Shown: in pieces, positions 11,787 to 24,671 of the stretch | How positions within the stretch are numbered: the stretch's first letter is position 1 | Layout: each line of letters opens with the position of its first letter | Source: Dendrobates tinctorius | Lineage: Eukaryota | Length of the DNA stretch: 64,000 nucleotides | Reading direction: 5' to 3' | NCBI RefSeq assembly: GCF_039654945.1 | Contig: NW_027361709.1 | Span: 7,564,001-7,628,000, forward strand | Program-made: the position numbers and the translations under genes | Notes under the pieces: generated by a model | The model's database searches: none | The model's input: only the letters and a program-made list of their open reading frames with translations | What the model was told of the DNA's origin: nothing

Positions 11787-12647
11787 AAATACTGCAAAAG
11801 AATGCCAATTTTTGTCAAAAATGACACATATATCTCACCCCAAAACTTAATATATCTATACAGCAGTAAGTGAGGTTAAAAAATAACTTTTAATATATAA
11901 CTTAAAAGCTCCAAAACAATAGGAACAATCTCACCGGTTTTTGCAGACGGCCAGGAGTCTCCAGGGATACTCTGTATACACACAGGGAGGTAGCGATAGG
12001 AAGACAATACCCTGTCAAATCCCTCAAAAACTAACCATCATCTGATCCCCAGACTCCTGCCCTTACAAGGGCAGTCCACAGCTCACCCTATATTGCACAT
12101 GCCCTGCACTTTCCCTTAGAAGAGCGTCCCAACGCGTTTCATCCAAGTAAATCTTCAGGGGACTAACTTGTTGCAAAGTGCCATAGTGCTAAAGCTCAAA
12201 ACATGGATCCTTCCACTATAAATGCTGTCTGCCTATCGCTACCTCCCTGTGTGTATACAGAGTATCCCTGGAGACTCCTGGCCGTCTGCAAAAACCGGTG
12301 AGATTGTTCCTATTTTATATATCTCACCTTCTTATATCTTGTGGCTATAAACCTTTTTTGGTTTAGCCAAATACAATATACATATATGCAATTGGTTATG
12401 GCATTGTGTGCTAACTGTTAAATGCTGTATCCTTTATACAAACTGTTGCCTGACATGATACATTAGCAACGTTTTATATCCTGATTGATGCGGTTGGGTG
12501 GTTCCCATCTTTTTCTAGGGATTACCCATCAAATGGCATCCTTTTAATCACTATTGGTGACATTGTTTTGGAGCTTTTAAGTTATATATTAAAAGTTATT
12601 TTTTAACCTCACTTACTGCTGTATAGATAGATAGATAGATAGATAGA
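11787..12647. mobile_element. Hairpin insertion with 14-bp TSD, nested inverted arms and a minimal hammerhead (Penelope-like remnant)
   Basis: TSD TTCAGTAGTTCAGT (11773-11786, 12648-12661); arms about 11856-11920 vs 12563-12627 and 11918-12000 vs 12232-12314; (GATA)n tail. Confidence 0.75.
12126..12163 (-). ncRNA. Minimal type I hammerhead ribozyme motif (stem II degenerate)
   Basis: Minus strand reads GUCCC-CUGAAGA-UUUACUUGGAU-GAAAC-GC-GUU-GGGAC: perfect 5-bp stem I, both core boxes and palindromic ACGCGU stem III. Confidence 0.65.
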
Positions 12648-12669
12648 TTCAGTAGTTCAGTGCAGGAAG

Positions 12670-13319
12670 CAGGGCTGTGGAGTCGGAGTCGTGGAGTCGG
12701 AGTCGGTGCTCATTTTGGTGGAGTCGGAGTTGGAGTCGGTATAAAATGGACCGACTCCTAAAATATATAATAAATTGGGTACAGTAATTCAATGCAGGAT
12801 GTGCTGAATATTTTTTCCTAGGAATTTGGGAAAGTTATGAAATGTCCTATAAATGGCTGTTCTATTCCTGATCTAAGGCTACATTCACACACAGCGTTTT
12901 TCCTGTGTTTTTTGAGGATACGTTTTTCAGCTGCAAAAGCTGATCATCTTTTTAAAAAACCGCATCACCTGAAAGGTTTTTGAGCTCATAGATAATGTTT
13001 TCAATAGCAAAAGCAGATTAGAAATCTGCTCTATCTATCCATTTATCCATATCTGTCTATCCATATCGTATCTGTACCAAAAAGAATGAAAACCGGGTAG
13101 TACACCAATATATATTCTGTTCTATCTAAATATCTTGATTATGGGATCATAAAAATGATTAAATGTCTGAGGTTCACATTGTACTACAATAAATTTTTCA
13201 CTTAAATATAAGCAATATGTGTGGGAGTCGGAGTCGGAGTTGGAGTCGGAGTCGGTGTAAGAGAAATTGAGGAGTCTGAGTCGGAGTTGCAGGTTTGGCT
13301 TACCGACTCCACAGCCCTG
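12670..13319. mobile_element. hAT MITE, inner copy of the same family as 11689-13511
   Basis: TIRs CAGGGCTGTGGAGTCGG...CCGACTCCACAGCCCTG; TSD GCAGGAAG/GCAGGATG (7 of 8 match). Confidence 0.85.
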
Positions 13320-13613
13320 GCAGGATGTGCAATACATTTTTTCATAAGAATTTGATAAAGTTATGAAATGTCCTATAAATGTCTGTTCTATTCCTGATCT
13401 AAGGATCTCAGCTTTTAATTGACATGAATCTGTGCTGCACTTTATGTACATGCTCAGCATTGAGGTCGTGCTGTGGAGTCGGAGGTTTGGCTTACCGACT
13501 CCACAGTCCTGATAACCAGAGAGGTTTGCTGTTTAGGGACCTGTGCAAGTCATAATAATGACCATATAATATAAAGTTGTATTACAATAGAGTTTGTGTG
13601 TTTTATTTCCTAG

Positions 13614-15942
13614 GTGAAGGTCCTAATTTGACCATTTATAGCTTGAGAAGCAGCAGTTTGACCCCTTGGAAGCTTAAGGAGACTGTACTCAATGGTTACG
13701 TCATTCATGGAATAAAGACCTTCAGTACAGAAAACTCAGACTGTGCCATCTTGTGTGTTTTTGGAAGTAAGGGTCTTATTGTCCTGAATTTCTGCAGCAG
13801 AGATCAAGGAATAAGCCTGTCCAGAGTCTGTGAGCTCCGAGAGCTGCATGATTGGATCTGGGACATTCAGTGGCTTGGAGATGACTCGCAGTCCACTGCT
13901 TATCTCGGCATAGCCTTAGGTCACAATTCTGTAGCTTGCTATGACTACAGGAAAGGAAAAGTCCTGAAAGAAATTCACTGCTCAGAAAAATGTATCTTGT
14001 ATTCTGCTCATTTTGTGGGGAGAACCTGGAAAGAGCTTACGTTGATCTCTGGGACTGTGTTCAACCAGCTTGTCATATGGGGAATGTGTGACCAAACCAA
14101 TGAAGAGGGAAGAGTAGAACCTCGGAGGAGAATAAGTGGGCACAATGGTGTAATTTTCAGCATTTACTATGAAGCACAAAGGGGCATTTTGGCTTCGGCC
14201 TCTGATGACCGCAGCCTCAGGGTGTGGAAAGTGGGCAGCCTTACTAGCTGCGATCCAGAAGTCCAGTGTCTTCTCGAATTGTATGGGCACCAAGCTAGAG
14301 TGTGGTCAGTCAGACTATTCTCAGACAACATAATCAGTATCGGAGAGGACTCGGCTTGTATCGTGTGGAGCGGCAGTGGTGATATCATCCATAACTTCAA
14401 AGGTCACAGAGGTCGAGGCATAAGAGCTGTCGCCATCCAAGATCAGCTTAGTTTGGTGGCAACTGGTGGAGCAGACTGTGGTATCCGTCTTTGGCAAATT
14501 AAAGAAAAATCTTCCCCCTCTTGTAACATATTAAATTTAAATTTTGATGCCTCCAAATATGTTGGGACCCCCAAGGCAGTCATATTGGCGGATATCAATT
14601 GTCTTATGATCATGACGGACTTGGGTTTTATTTACACACATGATTTTATCAGCAAGGAATGGACCTTGGTACTGGAGGATAGGAACTATAAATCTTACGG
14701 TCTCCTAGAAGTAGTCAGATTGGGCGATTTCACCTTATGTTCCATAGGTAACATAACCGGCAGTGTTAAGATCTTCTCACTTTCATCTTCTCGGACTTGC
14801 CAGGAGTTCAAGCACCATGAAGGTAAAGTACACAGTCTTACATGGGTTGCCCCGTCTCCATCTTTAGACACTTGCAGCCTGTTTTCTTCTGGTCCTAATG
14901 GAATAATGGTTTGGCTGGAGGTCACCTGTGTGTCTGGAGATATCACATCTGTCACAGAGAACTGTAGGTTTCTTCTACCCATCTGCAAGCAAAGGTGGCA
15001 CACCAGCATTGCACTTGTACCTGAAGAAGGTTTGATTGTCTGTGGTGACCGTAGAGGATCATTAATGCTTTTTCAGAATTTGCAAAGCGCCCACAACCCT
15101 CCACAAGGACATGAAAAAGAGCCAGTCCATGTTCTGTTTGGCCTTCATGGCAAATTAGGTGTCACATCAGTGGAGTACCATAATGGCTTTGTGTACAGCA
15201 GTGGTCGAGATGGTTTTTGCCGCCAGTTGAAGGTGGAAGGACACCAGTTGGTCCTGCTCCGAAAATTCAAGTCTTGCAAAGGGATGGAGTGGATCGAAAG
15301 CGTGTCCTTTGTCCCCGACGGAGATTTACACATCCTTGGTTTCCACTCTACAGACTTTGTGGTGTGGAGTACAAGAACTAATGAGAAGCTGCTTTGTGTT
15401 TCTTGCGGTGGAGGACACAGGTCTTGGAGCTACAAGAAGGACGGTACAAAGGAAGTTTTCACCTACATTAAATCTGGTGATGTGTTCGCCCACCATGGTC
15501 AACAGGTTGAAAGAATCCAGAATGTAGTAAAGGAACCCTTACATGGCAGGGAACTGACAAGTGTTAAGTATGTCGGGAGTGTTAACAATTGTAGCGAGGA
15601 TTGTATTGACATCCTTATCACAGGCAGTGAAGACACCACCGTTAATATCTGGGCCTTCTGTTCCAAACACTTTTATTGCCTTTCAACCATACATGACCAT
15701 CTCTCCAGTGTGAAAACTTTGGCTTTAGCAGGGACTGAATATAAAGATGGTGTCCTCTCTACTCTCCTGTTCACCGCCGGGGGCAGAGCTCAGATTGAGG
15801 TTTATCGGTTGTTGATTCAAGCGAAAGAGATTAATAGCAGCGTTACCTGTCAAGTCACCCACTTAGCTTCCCACCGACTGGGCGAACACTGGGATAGAAT
15901 CAAGAATAAACACCGGATGCTAAAGATGGATCCGGAAACCAG
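13614..15942 (+). CDS. wdr6: WDR6 large coding exon (WD40 repeats; Trm734/FTSJ1 cofactor)
   Basis: 2329-nt open exon with WD40 motifs (GHNGVIFS..ASASDDRSLRVW, GHQARVW, CGGGHRSW, LHGRE, DPETR); cctag acceptor and gtaatg donor. Confidence 0.97.
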
Positions 15943-16262
15943 GTAATGCTCTTGTAACAGGGGGCCTGTCATCGGCAGGGAATGGTGGGAGCTGTTGGTT
16001 ATACTTACTGTAAATTTAAGGGGATTTTCCAAGATTGAAAGTCATCCCCTATTCATAGGACAGGTGATAACTTCCTAAATGCTGGGAACCCACCCAATCC
16101 CAATAATGCAGCAAAAGGCGAGCATGTGCAACTTTGCTTTATGCGACTTCTGTGGGACTGATAGCATTTAATACTATACAGCCTTTCACTGTTTCCTGCA
16201 GTGTATGTGCAGATTCTCAACTATTTTTAACATCCCATATTTTCCTATTGTCTTTTTGTCAG

Positions 16263-16361
16263 ATACATGTCAGTCACAACAGTGGACCAGATTCCAGAAA
16301 GCATGAAACCTGCGTCTTCCTACGTGTATCTAGCCGCTGCCTGCAGTGATGGATCTGTCAG
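16263..16361 (+). CDS. wdr6: WDR6 exon (YMSVTTVDQ...LAAACSDGSVR)
   Basis: tgtcag acceptor, gtgtga donor, phase 2-2; conserved AAACSDG motif. Confidence 0.92.
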
Positions 16362-17218
16362 GTGTGAGCATATGAGCCAGTGAATTAATGATGTTCCCTT
16401 TAATTGATGAGTATTTAAAGGGCAACTTTTAATCATTAAAAGTCATCACCTATCAAAGGATAGGTAGTTTATTTGTGAAGATGTGTGTGCACCAAGCCTA
16501 GAAAGATGGTCTAGAGGAATGGAACGACTGCTGCACATGTGGGACGTTCGTTCTTTATGGAACTGCTGGAGAGTACAGCATTTGGGTCTTTCCGGTAGTC
16601 CCAAAGACCTTCAGTGGCGCACATGCATGTGCTTTTTATCCTATTCTAGCTATTGATGGGTGCCATTTGCCAGACCCCAGCGATCCTCAGAGTATCATGA
16701 TGGGTATCATTTATTTATGGAATGATCCTTAAGATGCTTTACCTTCAGCCACCACTAGAGGGAGCTCACTGAAGACAGACTTATTGAGTTCTATGAAAGC
16801 TGTTTAAGGGGTCGGCCACATCATAATCAGATTTCCTAAATGGCCCTAAAGTGTGTTGTTGTGGCACATAGATTGGTAAAGCTCCTGATACGTCATCTAC
16901 CAGGATGCCTATGTAAAGACTATGTAGAAAGTGCCCTCCCCGCTTCCATAGCTGTCAGTTTGGATGCAGTCACTAGATTTGCCCACATGGTCGCTTTTTC
17001 GGCTGCATTCTCTCATGTGCAGAACTGTGACTGACAAATGGGTATCGGCACAAACGCTGGACACGCTAGGCCGCTGTTCTGCTCCTGCAAAGAGGACAAG
17101 CATAATAAAGCGGTTATGTGGCTTTATGTTGTGCCCACTGCCATCTTGTTTGCTTTGGACCCAGGGTCTAACGTCTTGTCATTTAGGTCACTTGATGTTG
17201 TTTTTTATGTTTCTGTAG

Positions 17219-17335
17219 ATTCTTTGTGATGAGCAAGAGCTCTCGGCAGATGGTATTGATAGCCGAGTCCTTTTACCACCAGCGCTGTGTACTGAAAGTA
17301 GAGATGTTCGTCCATAATTCTGGCAACGAATCAAG
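17219..17335 (+). CDS. wdr6: WDR6 exon (FFVMSKSSRQMVLIAESFYHQRCVLKV...)
   Basis: ctgtag acceptor, gtaaaa donor, phase 2-2; conserved HxRCVLKV. Confidence 0.92.
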
Positions 17336-17728
17336 GTAAAATTCCAGAAAAAGATGTTGTATGTCTTACATCAATGTCTGTTTGTTTTTTTTTACCCTTT
17401 CTGGCAGATGAAATCCCTGGTGATCAACTGGGAAAGCTGCGGACAGTCAAATATCCTACCCTGTAGCGACCTCTACAGGAGAAATGTAGTATTACATGGC
17501 CCCCATTGAAATGAATTAGCGATTAGATTTTGAAGTTGGATGTTCTCCACTGTGGCTAATAGATGAGGTTCCAGCATCATTTATTATGTCTCTGTGCCCT
17601 ATTAGGGCTGTCCTCATTGATGCATGTGGACACCTGAGGATGTCAGGATGTGCATTATTCCCCATTACTCCATGTTGTATCTTTATTATAGCCCGGCACC
17701 AGATAAATATGTTTTCCCTTTATCTTAG

Positions 17729-17844
17729 AGTCATGCTATGCAGTGGTGCTACTGATGGTCGCATTGTATTATGGGATGTATCTGGCATGGTATCCGGTGC
17801 TGAGATGATGCTGGAGAATGGGAAAACAGATTGTCCTCTGCAGG
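17729..17844 (+). CDS. wdr6: WDR6 exon (VMLCSGATDGRIVLWDVSG...)
   Basis: cttag acceptor, gtgagt donor, phase 2-1; WD motif SxATDG..WD. Confidence 0.92.
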
Positions 17845-18294
17845 GTGAGTCTGTATATCTTATGCAATATGGTGCTTCATTTGTGGCTGCCACTAGCTTT
17901 AAAATCCAAGTGCTGCAATCTTTACAAATATTTTCTATGGTATTTGTTTCCTAAATTAAAAGTTGCACCACTTTTTAACTAGTCTTCATTAAAAATTTCC
18001 CATCATTTTTCTGTTGCAAAGTGTCTGTAACTCCTTTAATCCAGCTTATTGTTCTGCAGAAGTGTAACAAATCCATCAGACCTCCTGCTCCTCCTGACTC
18101 CATCTGTTCTACCCTTATTTCAAAGTTAGAGATAGCAGCAGAGAAGGGGGTTGTATAGGGATCTGCAGTGGAGAGGTGAGGAAGCATGCACAGTGCCAGG
18201 GAGGGCAGAGAAAACAGGCTACAGCTAAAGAGGAAAAAGTGCAGGATAGAAGATGTGTTAATGTGCTAATGAAAACATCAGCAGTCTGGATAAA

Positions 18295-20140
18295 CACACA
18301 CAGCTCACATCCAGCCTAATATTATTGAGAGAAACACACAGACCTCAAATCCAGTCTATATTACTGGGTGGGACACATAGACCTCATGTCTAGCTTATAT
18401 TACTGGGAGGAAAACACAGACCTCTTATCCACCCTATATTTTTTTTTTAATCAGATACATTTTTATTTATGATAACAATTACATCATATACATGACATCA
18501 AGCAATTGTTCACATATAAACATGTTTTTATAAACAAAAACAAAACTCCTCCCTCCCTTTTCCCCCCCTATCCCCCCTCCGAGATCCCTTCAGTGCCTTC
18601 CCCGTTCCTCGTCCAGTACTCTTTCCAACATCCATATATAGTTATGTAATGTGAATATCTTCCATATCCCAATACGTCCCTCCCACCCCTCTAACTCCAT
18701 TCTACCCATGGCTGCCATATCTTGTGAAACACCTCAAGTTTATTTCTCTTAGTGTAAATACTTTTTTCCAATGAAATTATATGCTCCGCCTGCGCAAGAA
18801 AGTCCCGTCTAGTCGGAGGCTCCTCTCTGATCCAAAACCGGGCAATCAATTTCCTTGCTATGAACAACAGTCTTGCAATCGCCAGTTTGACCATAGCCGC
18901 CGCTGCCAATTCTTCCACAAAGCCTAAAATACAGATCAAAGGGTCTCTGGGGATTACACATTTATATATCCATTCGATCCGATTCAGTACAACTGTCCAG
19001 TATGTAGACAATCTAGGGCAACACCACAACATGTGCATCATATCTGCCCGTTCCTGCGAACACCGTGGACAATCGGAATCAGACCTCAAACCCATCTTGA
19101 ACAATCTATCAGGAGTTCTGTAAGCTCTATGAATTACGTACAGCTGAGACATCCTCCCAGGTTCGCTCATAGAAATCTTAGGCACATATTCTAAAATAGA
19201 TTCCCATCTATCATCACTTATTTCTCCCAATTCAGCCTCCCATTTCACTCTAGCCTTGATGGGATGACTGACTAGAAATGTAAATAATAAATCTCTATAC
19301 AGTTCTGAGATTGCCCCCTTCGTCTCGCTGTTCCCCAAAATGGAGGCCAGCGTGACATCAATCTGGACCTCAACAGGCCTCCTCCGACATTGCGACCGAT
19401 ACGCATGCTGAATTCTTTTATAATGATACATATTTGAGTGTGGAAGCTGGAACTCTGATTGTAGCTCCATGAATGATTTAAGTCTCCCCTGACCCACAAG
19501 CTGACCCATCCGTCTGATTCCTGCCTCTCTCCAAAGCCCAAATCCCTCCATTCGCTGGAATTCTTGTAAATTTATGTTATCCCACACTGGAGAGTATTTA
19601 GTAAGGCCCGTGACACCCCTAATCTGTTTAACTTTCTCCCATACCTTATGAATAAGGAGAACCGTAGGAAACCTAGAGCCAAATTTTAAAAACTGCCCCC
19701 CTTTCAGGCTCTCTCCCAAAGGCCATTTCCCAAACAGCTTTCTCAAACTACTGGGCGATTGTTCCTGTCCCGTCTCCTCTCCCCATCCTCCCATATGTTG
19801 ACATTGTGCTGCTAAAAAATATACCCAGGGATTAGGAAGCGCCATCCACCCTATATTACTGGGAGAGAAACGCAGCTCATATTCAGCCTATATTACTGGG
19901 AAGAAAATGCAGACCTTGTATCCAGCCTATAGTACTGAGAGAGAGACACAGATCTTGCTTCCAGCCTATATTACTGGAAGAAATATACAGCCCATATAAA
20001 GCTTACATTACTGGGTGGAATGCACAGACCTCGCATCCAACTAATATTACCGAAAGATACACACAGACCTCGCATTCAGCCTATAATACTGAAAGAGAAA
20101 ATAGACATTGAATCCAGCCTATAATACTGGGAGAGACACT
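18295..20140. repeat. Diverged minisatellite of about 38-40 bp, split by an L1 insertion
   Basis: Units like CACAGACCTC..ATCCAGCCTATATTACTGGGAGAGAA at about 18295-18440 and 19844-20140. Confidence 0.75.
18441..19843 (-). mobile_element. 5'-truncated L1-clade LINE (ORF2 C-terminus, 3' UTR, polyA)
   Basis: ORF 18691-19845 with CPRC-x8-H-x4-C zinc knuckle; G-rich 3' UTR and polyA (T run from 18439); 14-bp TSD ATCCACCCTATATT (18427-18440, 19844-19857). Confidence 0.92.
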
Positions 20141-21470
20141 CCCATAAGATAAAAAGCTGAAACTTGGTTCGAGCGACAAATGGCATAACGGGGAGTCTGA
20201 GAATGAATGAAGAAATGAAGATTGCAAACCTAAAACTAGCGGAATTTTATTGTCTAAAGGTAAATAGTTACATAGGTAAAACTCCTTTTTTTTTGCCATG
20301 TCAAAGGTGTCCATACCTTAAGGGTTGTGAAACATGATATATAAAACCATAAGTTCTAAAATAACAGTCACTGTGAAACATTTACGCATTTGTTGGTGTC
20401 TGTCGGCAGGGGGCTGCATTCTTTTCTGAGGAGGGCAGGTTGTACTGCGCTGGCCTACAATAGTTATTCTGGTGCACGCTTGTTCTCATAGGGGAGGTAG
20501 TGAGAGCGCATTAGTACTAGCATACACTAAACAGGCTCATTATACATTTATTAAGTGCTGAGTGATTTCCCCAGAGATCATTTGATCCATGATACACAAA
20601 CAACATATGGCTTAGGTACGGGGGTTTCTGTGCAGCCAAAATCCTGGCTGTTTAATTAGGAAGATGGCACTTTCAATGTGGACTGTAGTGTGGTTTAGCA
20701 GATTGAGGTGTGACACTGCCAGGTATAAAATACTGCAATACAGTCGTATAGCAATATATTACAAAAGCAATCAGAGGATTGCATGTTCAAGTCAGCTACT
20801 GGGACTATAAACAAAAAAAGGGGACAAAAAATCCTCTCTGCATCTGGAAAGTACAGCATAATATAAACATTATTCTGCATGCTAAATCACCATAATTATA
20901 AGAACCTACAAAATAAAGCTAGAAAGTCAGTAGTGAAGTCGCCTTTTTTTATAAATGCACATTCCCCCAAAAAATATTGAATATATCATATCTACGCCCC
21001 CAAAAGGGGCACCCACTGATCCTGAGAATGGGGATCTGAAATGCCTTGTTGGTATAGGGCTGTGGCACCGCCATTCTGTACATTGTTTATGAGGCTGCTA
21101 GATACCAGAGTACAGCGCTCAGCGATATATGACAGTCCTATAGGACGTCAGCGGAGAGGCGGCACACACGGGCATTTCAGAGCACCATTCTCAGGATCCA
21201 TGGGACGCACAGTGAGCTGCAAATTGTCACCCATCCTGTCCTGTTGATATTATATGATCATTTGCTTAATTAGGTGTTACCCTTCAACCTTTTTCTTTAA
21301 TTAGAGGAAGACTCTAGACAAAACTGATGATGTGTTATAGTCATTGCCAGCACTCGGGGTGGAGCATGATGCACAGATTTGGAGAAAACTGCACTTGGTA
21401 GAATGCTGTGTCTACAATTTTCCTGGGGTAATTGATAATGAATCGTAACAAGAACCTCTGTTCCTTACAG

Positions 21471-21904
21471 ATTTGGGATATGTTTGCTTTACTTTCTCTG
21501 CTCACCAATGTGGGATCAACAGTCTCTGTGTCCAGAGGACTAGAGATGGACAATATCTGGTCGCCAGCGGTGGAGATGACAATTCTATCCATGTGTGTTG
21601 GTTATTATTGAATCATGAAGGTCCCAGAGGACGAGGTGCACAACTTCTCCAGTCAGTCTCTGCCAACTCCGCTCATGCTGCACATGTCACCGGACTGCGC
21701 ATCCTCCGAGATGACCTCCTGGTATCAGTGTCTGTGGATCAGCGTCTGACTCTATGGAATATTGGGGACACTGATCTTAAACATGTGGCCACCAGATTCT
21801 GTCACGTGGCCGACGTTTCAGAATTAGACTTCTGGACACGTGATGAAAGGCATCTATGTGTACTCTGCGGGCAAGGCCTGGAGATTGTGAAATATGAACA
21901 CTAA
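21471..21904 (+). CDS. wdr6: WDR6 last coding exon
   Basis: cttacag acceptor, phase 1; AHQCGINSL, VASGGDDNSI, SAHAAHVTG, SVDQRLTLW, GQGLEIV; TAA ends at 21904; AATAAA at 21956 and 21997. Confidence 0.95.
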
Positions 21905-22079
21905 ATATCTCTGACATATTATATCTACTAAAGAAGGACAGCACGTGAGGGAAAAAATAAAACATCTATATTTTTATGAATTGTCTGTAAAGTTTTAATA
22001 AAAACAGTCTTCATGAGAAAAGCTATTAACATGAAATACTATTAGCAATCTACATCCTTACTCTGCACAGTGGGTAATG

Positions 22080-23970
22080 GTATAGTAGTTATATTCTTGT
22101 ACATAGGGGCAGTATTATAGTAGTTATATTCTTGTACATAGGGGCAGTATTATAGTAGTTATATTCTTGTATATAGGGGCAGTATTATAGTAGTTATATT
22201 GTATATAGGGGCAGTATTATAGTAGTTATATTCTTGTACATAGGAGCAGTATTATAGTAGTTATATTCTTGTACATAGGGGCAGTATTATAGTAGTTACA
22301 TTCTTGTACATAAAGGGCAGTATTATAGTAGTTATATTCTTGTACATAGGGGGCAGTATTATAGTAGTTATAATCTTGTACATAGGGGCAGTATTATAGT
22401 AGTTACATTCTTGTACATAGGGGGCAGTATTATAGTAGTTACATTCTTGTACATAAAGGGCAGTATTATAGTAGTTATATTCTTGTACATAGGGGCAGTA
22501 TTATAGTAGTTACATTCTTGTATATAGGGGCAGTATTATAGTAGTTATATTCTTGTACATAGGGGGCGGTATCATAGTAGTTATATTCTTGTACATAGGA
22601 GCAGTATTATAGTAGTCATATTCTTGTATATAGGGGCAGTATTATAGTAGTTATATTCTTGTATATAGGGGCAGTATTATAGTAGTTATATTCTTGTACA
22701 TAGGGGGCAGTATTATAGTAGATATATTCTTGCACATAGGAGCAGTATTATAGTAGTTATATTGTACATAGGGGCAGTATTATAGTAGATATATTCTTGT
22801 ACATAGGGGCAGTATTATAGTAGATATATTCTTGTACATAGGGGCAGTATTATAGTAGTTATATTCTTGTACATAGGGGCAGTATTATAGTAGTTATATT
22901 CTTGTACATAGGGGGCAGTATTATAGTAGTTATATTCTTGTACATAGGGGCAGTATTATAGTAATTATATTCTTGTATATAGGGGCAGTATTATAGTAGT
23001 TATATTCTTGTACATAGGAGGCAGTATTATAGTAGTTACATTCTTGTACATAAAGGGCAGTATTATAGTAGTTATATTCTTATACATAGGGGCAGTATTA
23101 TAGTAGTTATATTCTTGTATATAGGGGCAGTATTATAGTAGTTATATTCTTGTACATAGGGGGCGGTATTATAGTAGTTATATTCTTGTACATAGGGGGC
23201 GGTATTATAGTAGTTATATTCTTGTACATAGGAGCAGTATTATAGTAGTTATATTCTTGTATATAGGGGCAGTATTATAGTAGTTATATTCTTGTACATA
23301 GGGGGCAGTATTATTGTAGTTATATTCTTGTACATAGGGGCAGTATTATAGTAGTTATATTCTTGTACATAGGAGCAGTATTATAGTAGTTATATTCTTG
23401 TACATAGGGGGCGGTATTATAGTAGTTATATTCTTGTACATAGGAGCAGTATTATAGTAGTTATATTCTTGTATATAGGGGCAGTATTATAGTAGTTATA
23501 TTCTTGTACATAGGAGCAGTATTATAGTAGTTATATTCTTGTACATAGGAGCAGTATTATAGTAGTTATATTCTTGTATATAGGGGCAGTATTATAGTAG
23601 TTATATTCTTGTACATAGGGGCAGTATTATAGTAGATATATTCTTGTATATAGGGGCAGTATTATAGTAGATATATTCTTGTATATAGGGGCAGTATTAT
23701 AGTAGATATATTCTTGTGCATAGGGAGAAGTATTATAGTAGTTATATTCTTGTACATAGGGGCAGTATTATAGTAGTTATGTTCTTGTATATAGGGGCAG
23801 TATTATAGTAGTTATATTCTTGTACATAGGGGCAGTATTATAGTAGTTATATTCTTGTACATAGGGGGCAGTATTATAGTAGTTATATTTTTGAACATAG
23901 GGGGCAGTATTATAGTAGTTATATTTTTGAACATAGGGGGCAGTATTATAGTAGTTATTTTCTTGTATAT
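22080..23970. repeat. 35-36 bp AT-rich satellite array A, about 54 copies
   Basis: Unit ATAGGGGCAGTATTATAGTAGTTATATTCTTGTAC read directly. Confidence 0.97.
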
Positions 23971-24449
23971 AGTGCTACCTTTGGTACTTAAGAAGTGTCT
24001 GGATTGTCAGAATTCTATAGTACTTTCCATATTCTGGAGATTTTATGGAAACGGGTATGTGACCTTTATAGTAGGAACGCCCTGAGCTTGTCTTTGTATG
24101 TGGAACTGAATCTGATCCTCTGGTTCCCATTCACTGGCTGTTGCTCTCTTGACAGCTTTTATAATGGATACAAATGTGCATTGTCAATGCCAGCCTGAAT
24201 TATTGAGTATTTGCCACCCATGAAAGGCTGATCTACTCCCAACCCAAGAGGCTTAATGAATAATTCATTTCTGTTGATATGAGCCCTCAGCAGAAACCTC
24301 CATGGTTCACCAGTGACACTTGGACAATGAACTTGGATAGTTGTCCATGCAGAGCATTGGACAAACTTTTCTTAGCAATGACCCCAAAATGCTGAACTAT
24401 TTGCTTGGGTCGTCTGAAGACCAAAACAGACCAGAATCCACCTTCTGCA

Positions 24450-24671
24450 ATGCACCAAAATAATATCTCCAAGAAATGGAGGTCAGATAGAGGGAACTCT
24501 AAGAGGGTGACAGTGATGGTGCCAGGTCATGAGGCTGAAGGGGGTACACGTGTGGCACCGTTGACCCCCAGGCTTTGCCTAAAGACAGAACATTCTCCAG
24601 CTTTGTCTCCAAAAAGCCTGAGTGATTGGAAGAACAACAGAGGAGCTCAGCATGAAAACTCGCTACAGAAG
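24450..24671 (+). CDS. Uncharacterised gene, putative coding exon 1 (MHQNNISKKWRSD...ENSLQK)
   Basis: First in-frame ATG after TGA at 24393; strong donor AAG|gtaaat in phase 0. Confidence 0.55.

Larger units (their letters stand above)
11689..13511. mobile_element. hAT MITE (GGAGTC-repeat family), outer copy hosting nested insertions
   Basis: 8-bp TSD ATAACCAG (11681-11688, 13512-13519); ends CTGGGCTATGGAGTCGG...CCGACTCCACAGTCCTG. Confidence 0.85.

Noticed and set aside
22080-23970. Regular 35-bp repeats as a CRISPR-like array
   Set aside because: Head-to-tail units without unique spacers, eukaryotic context and no cas genes.
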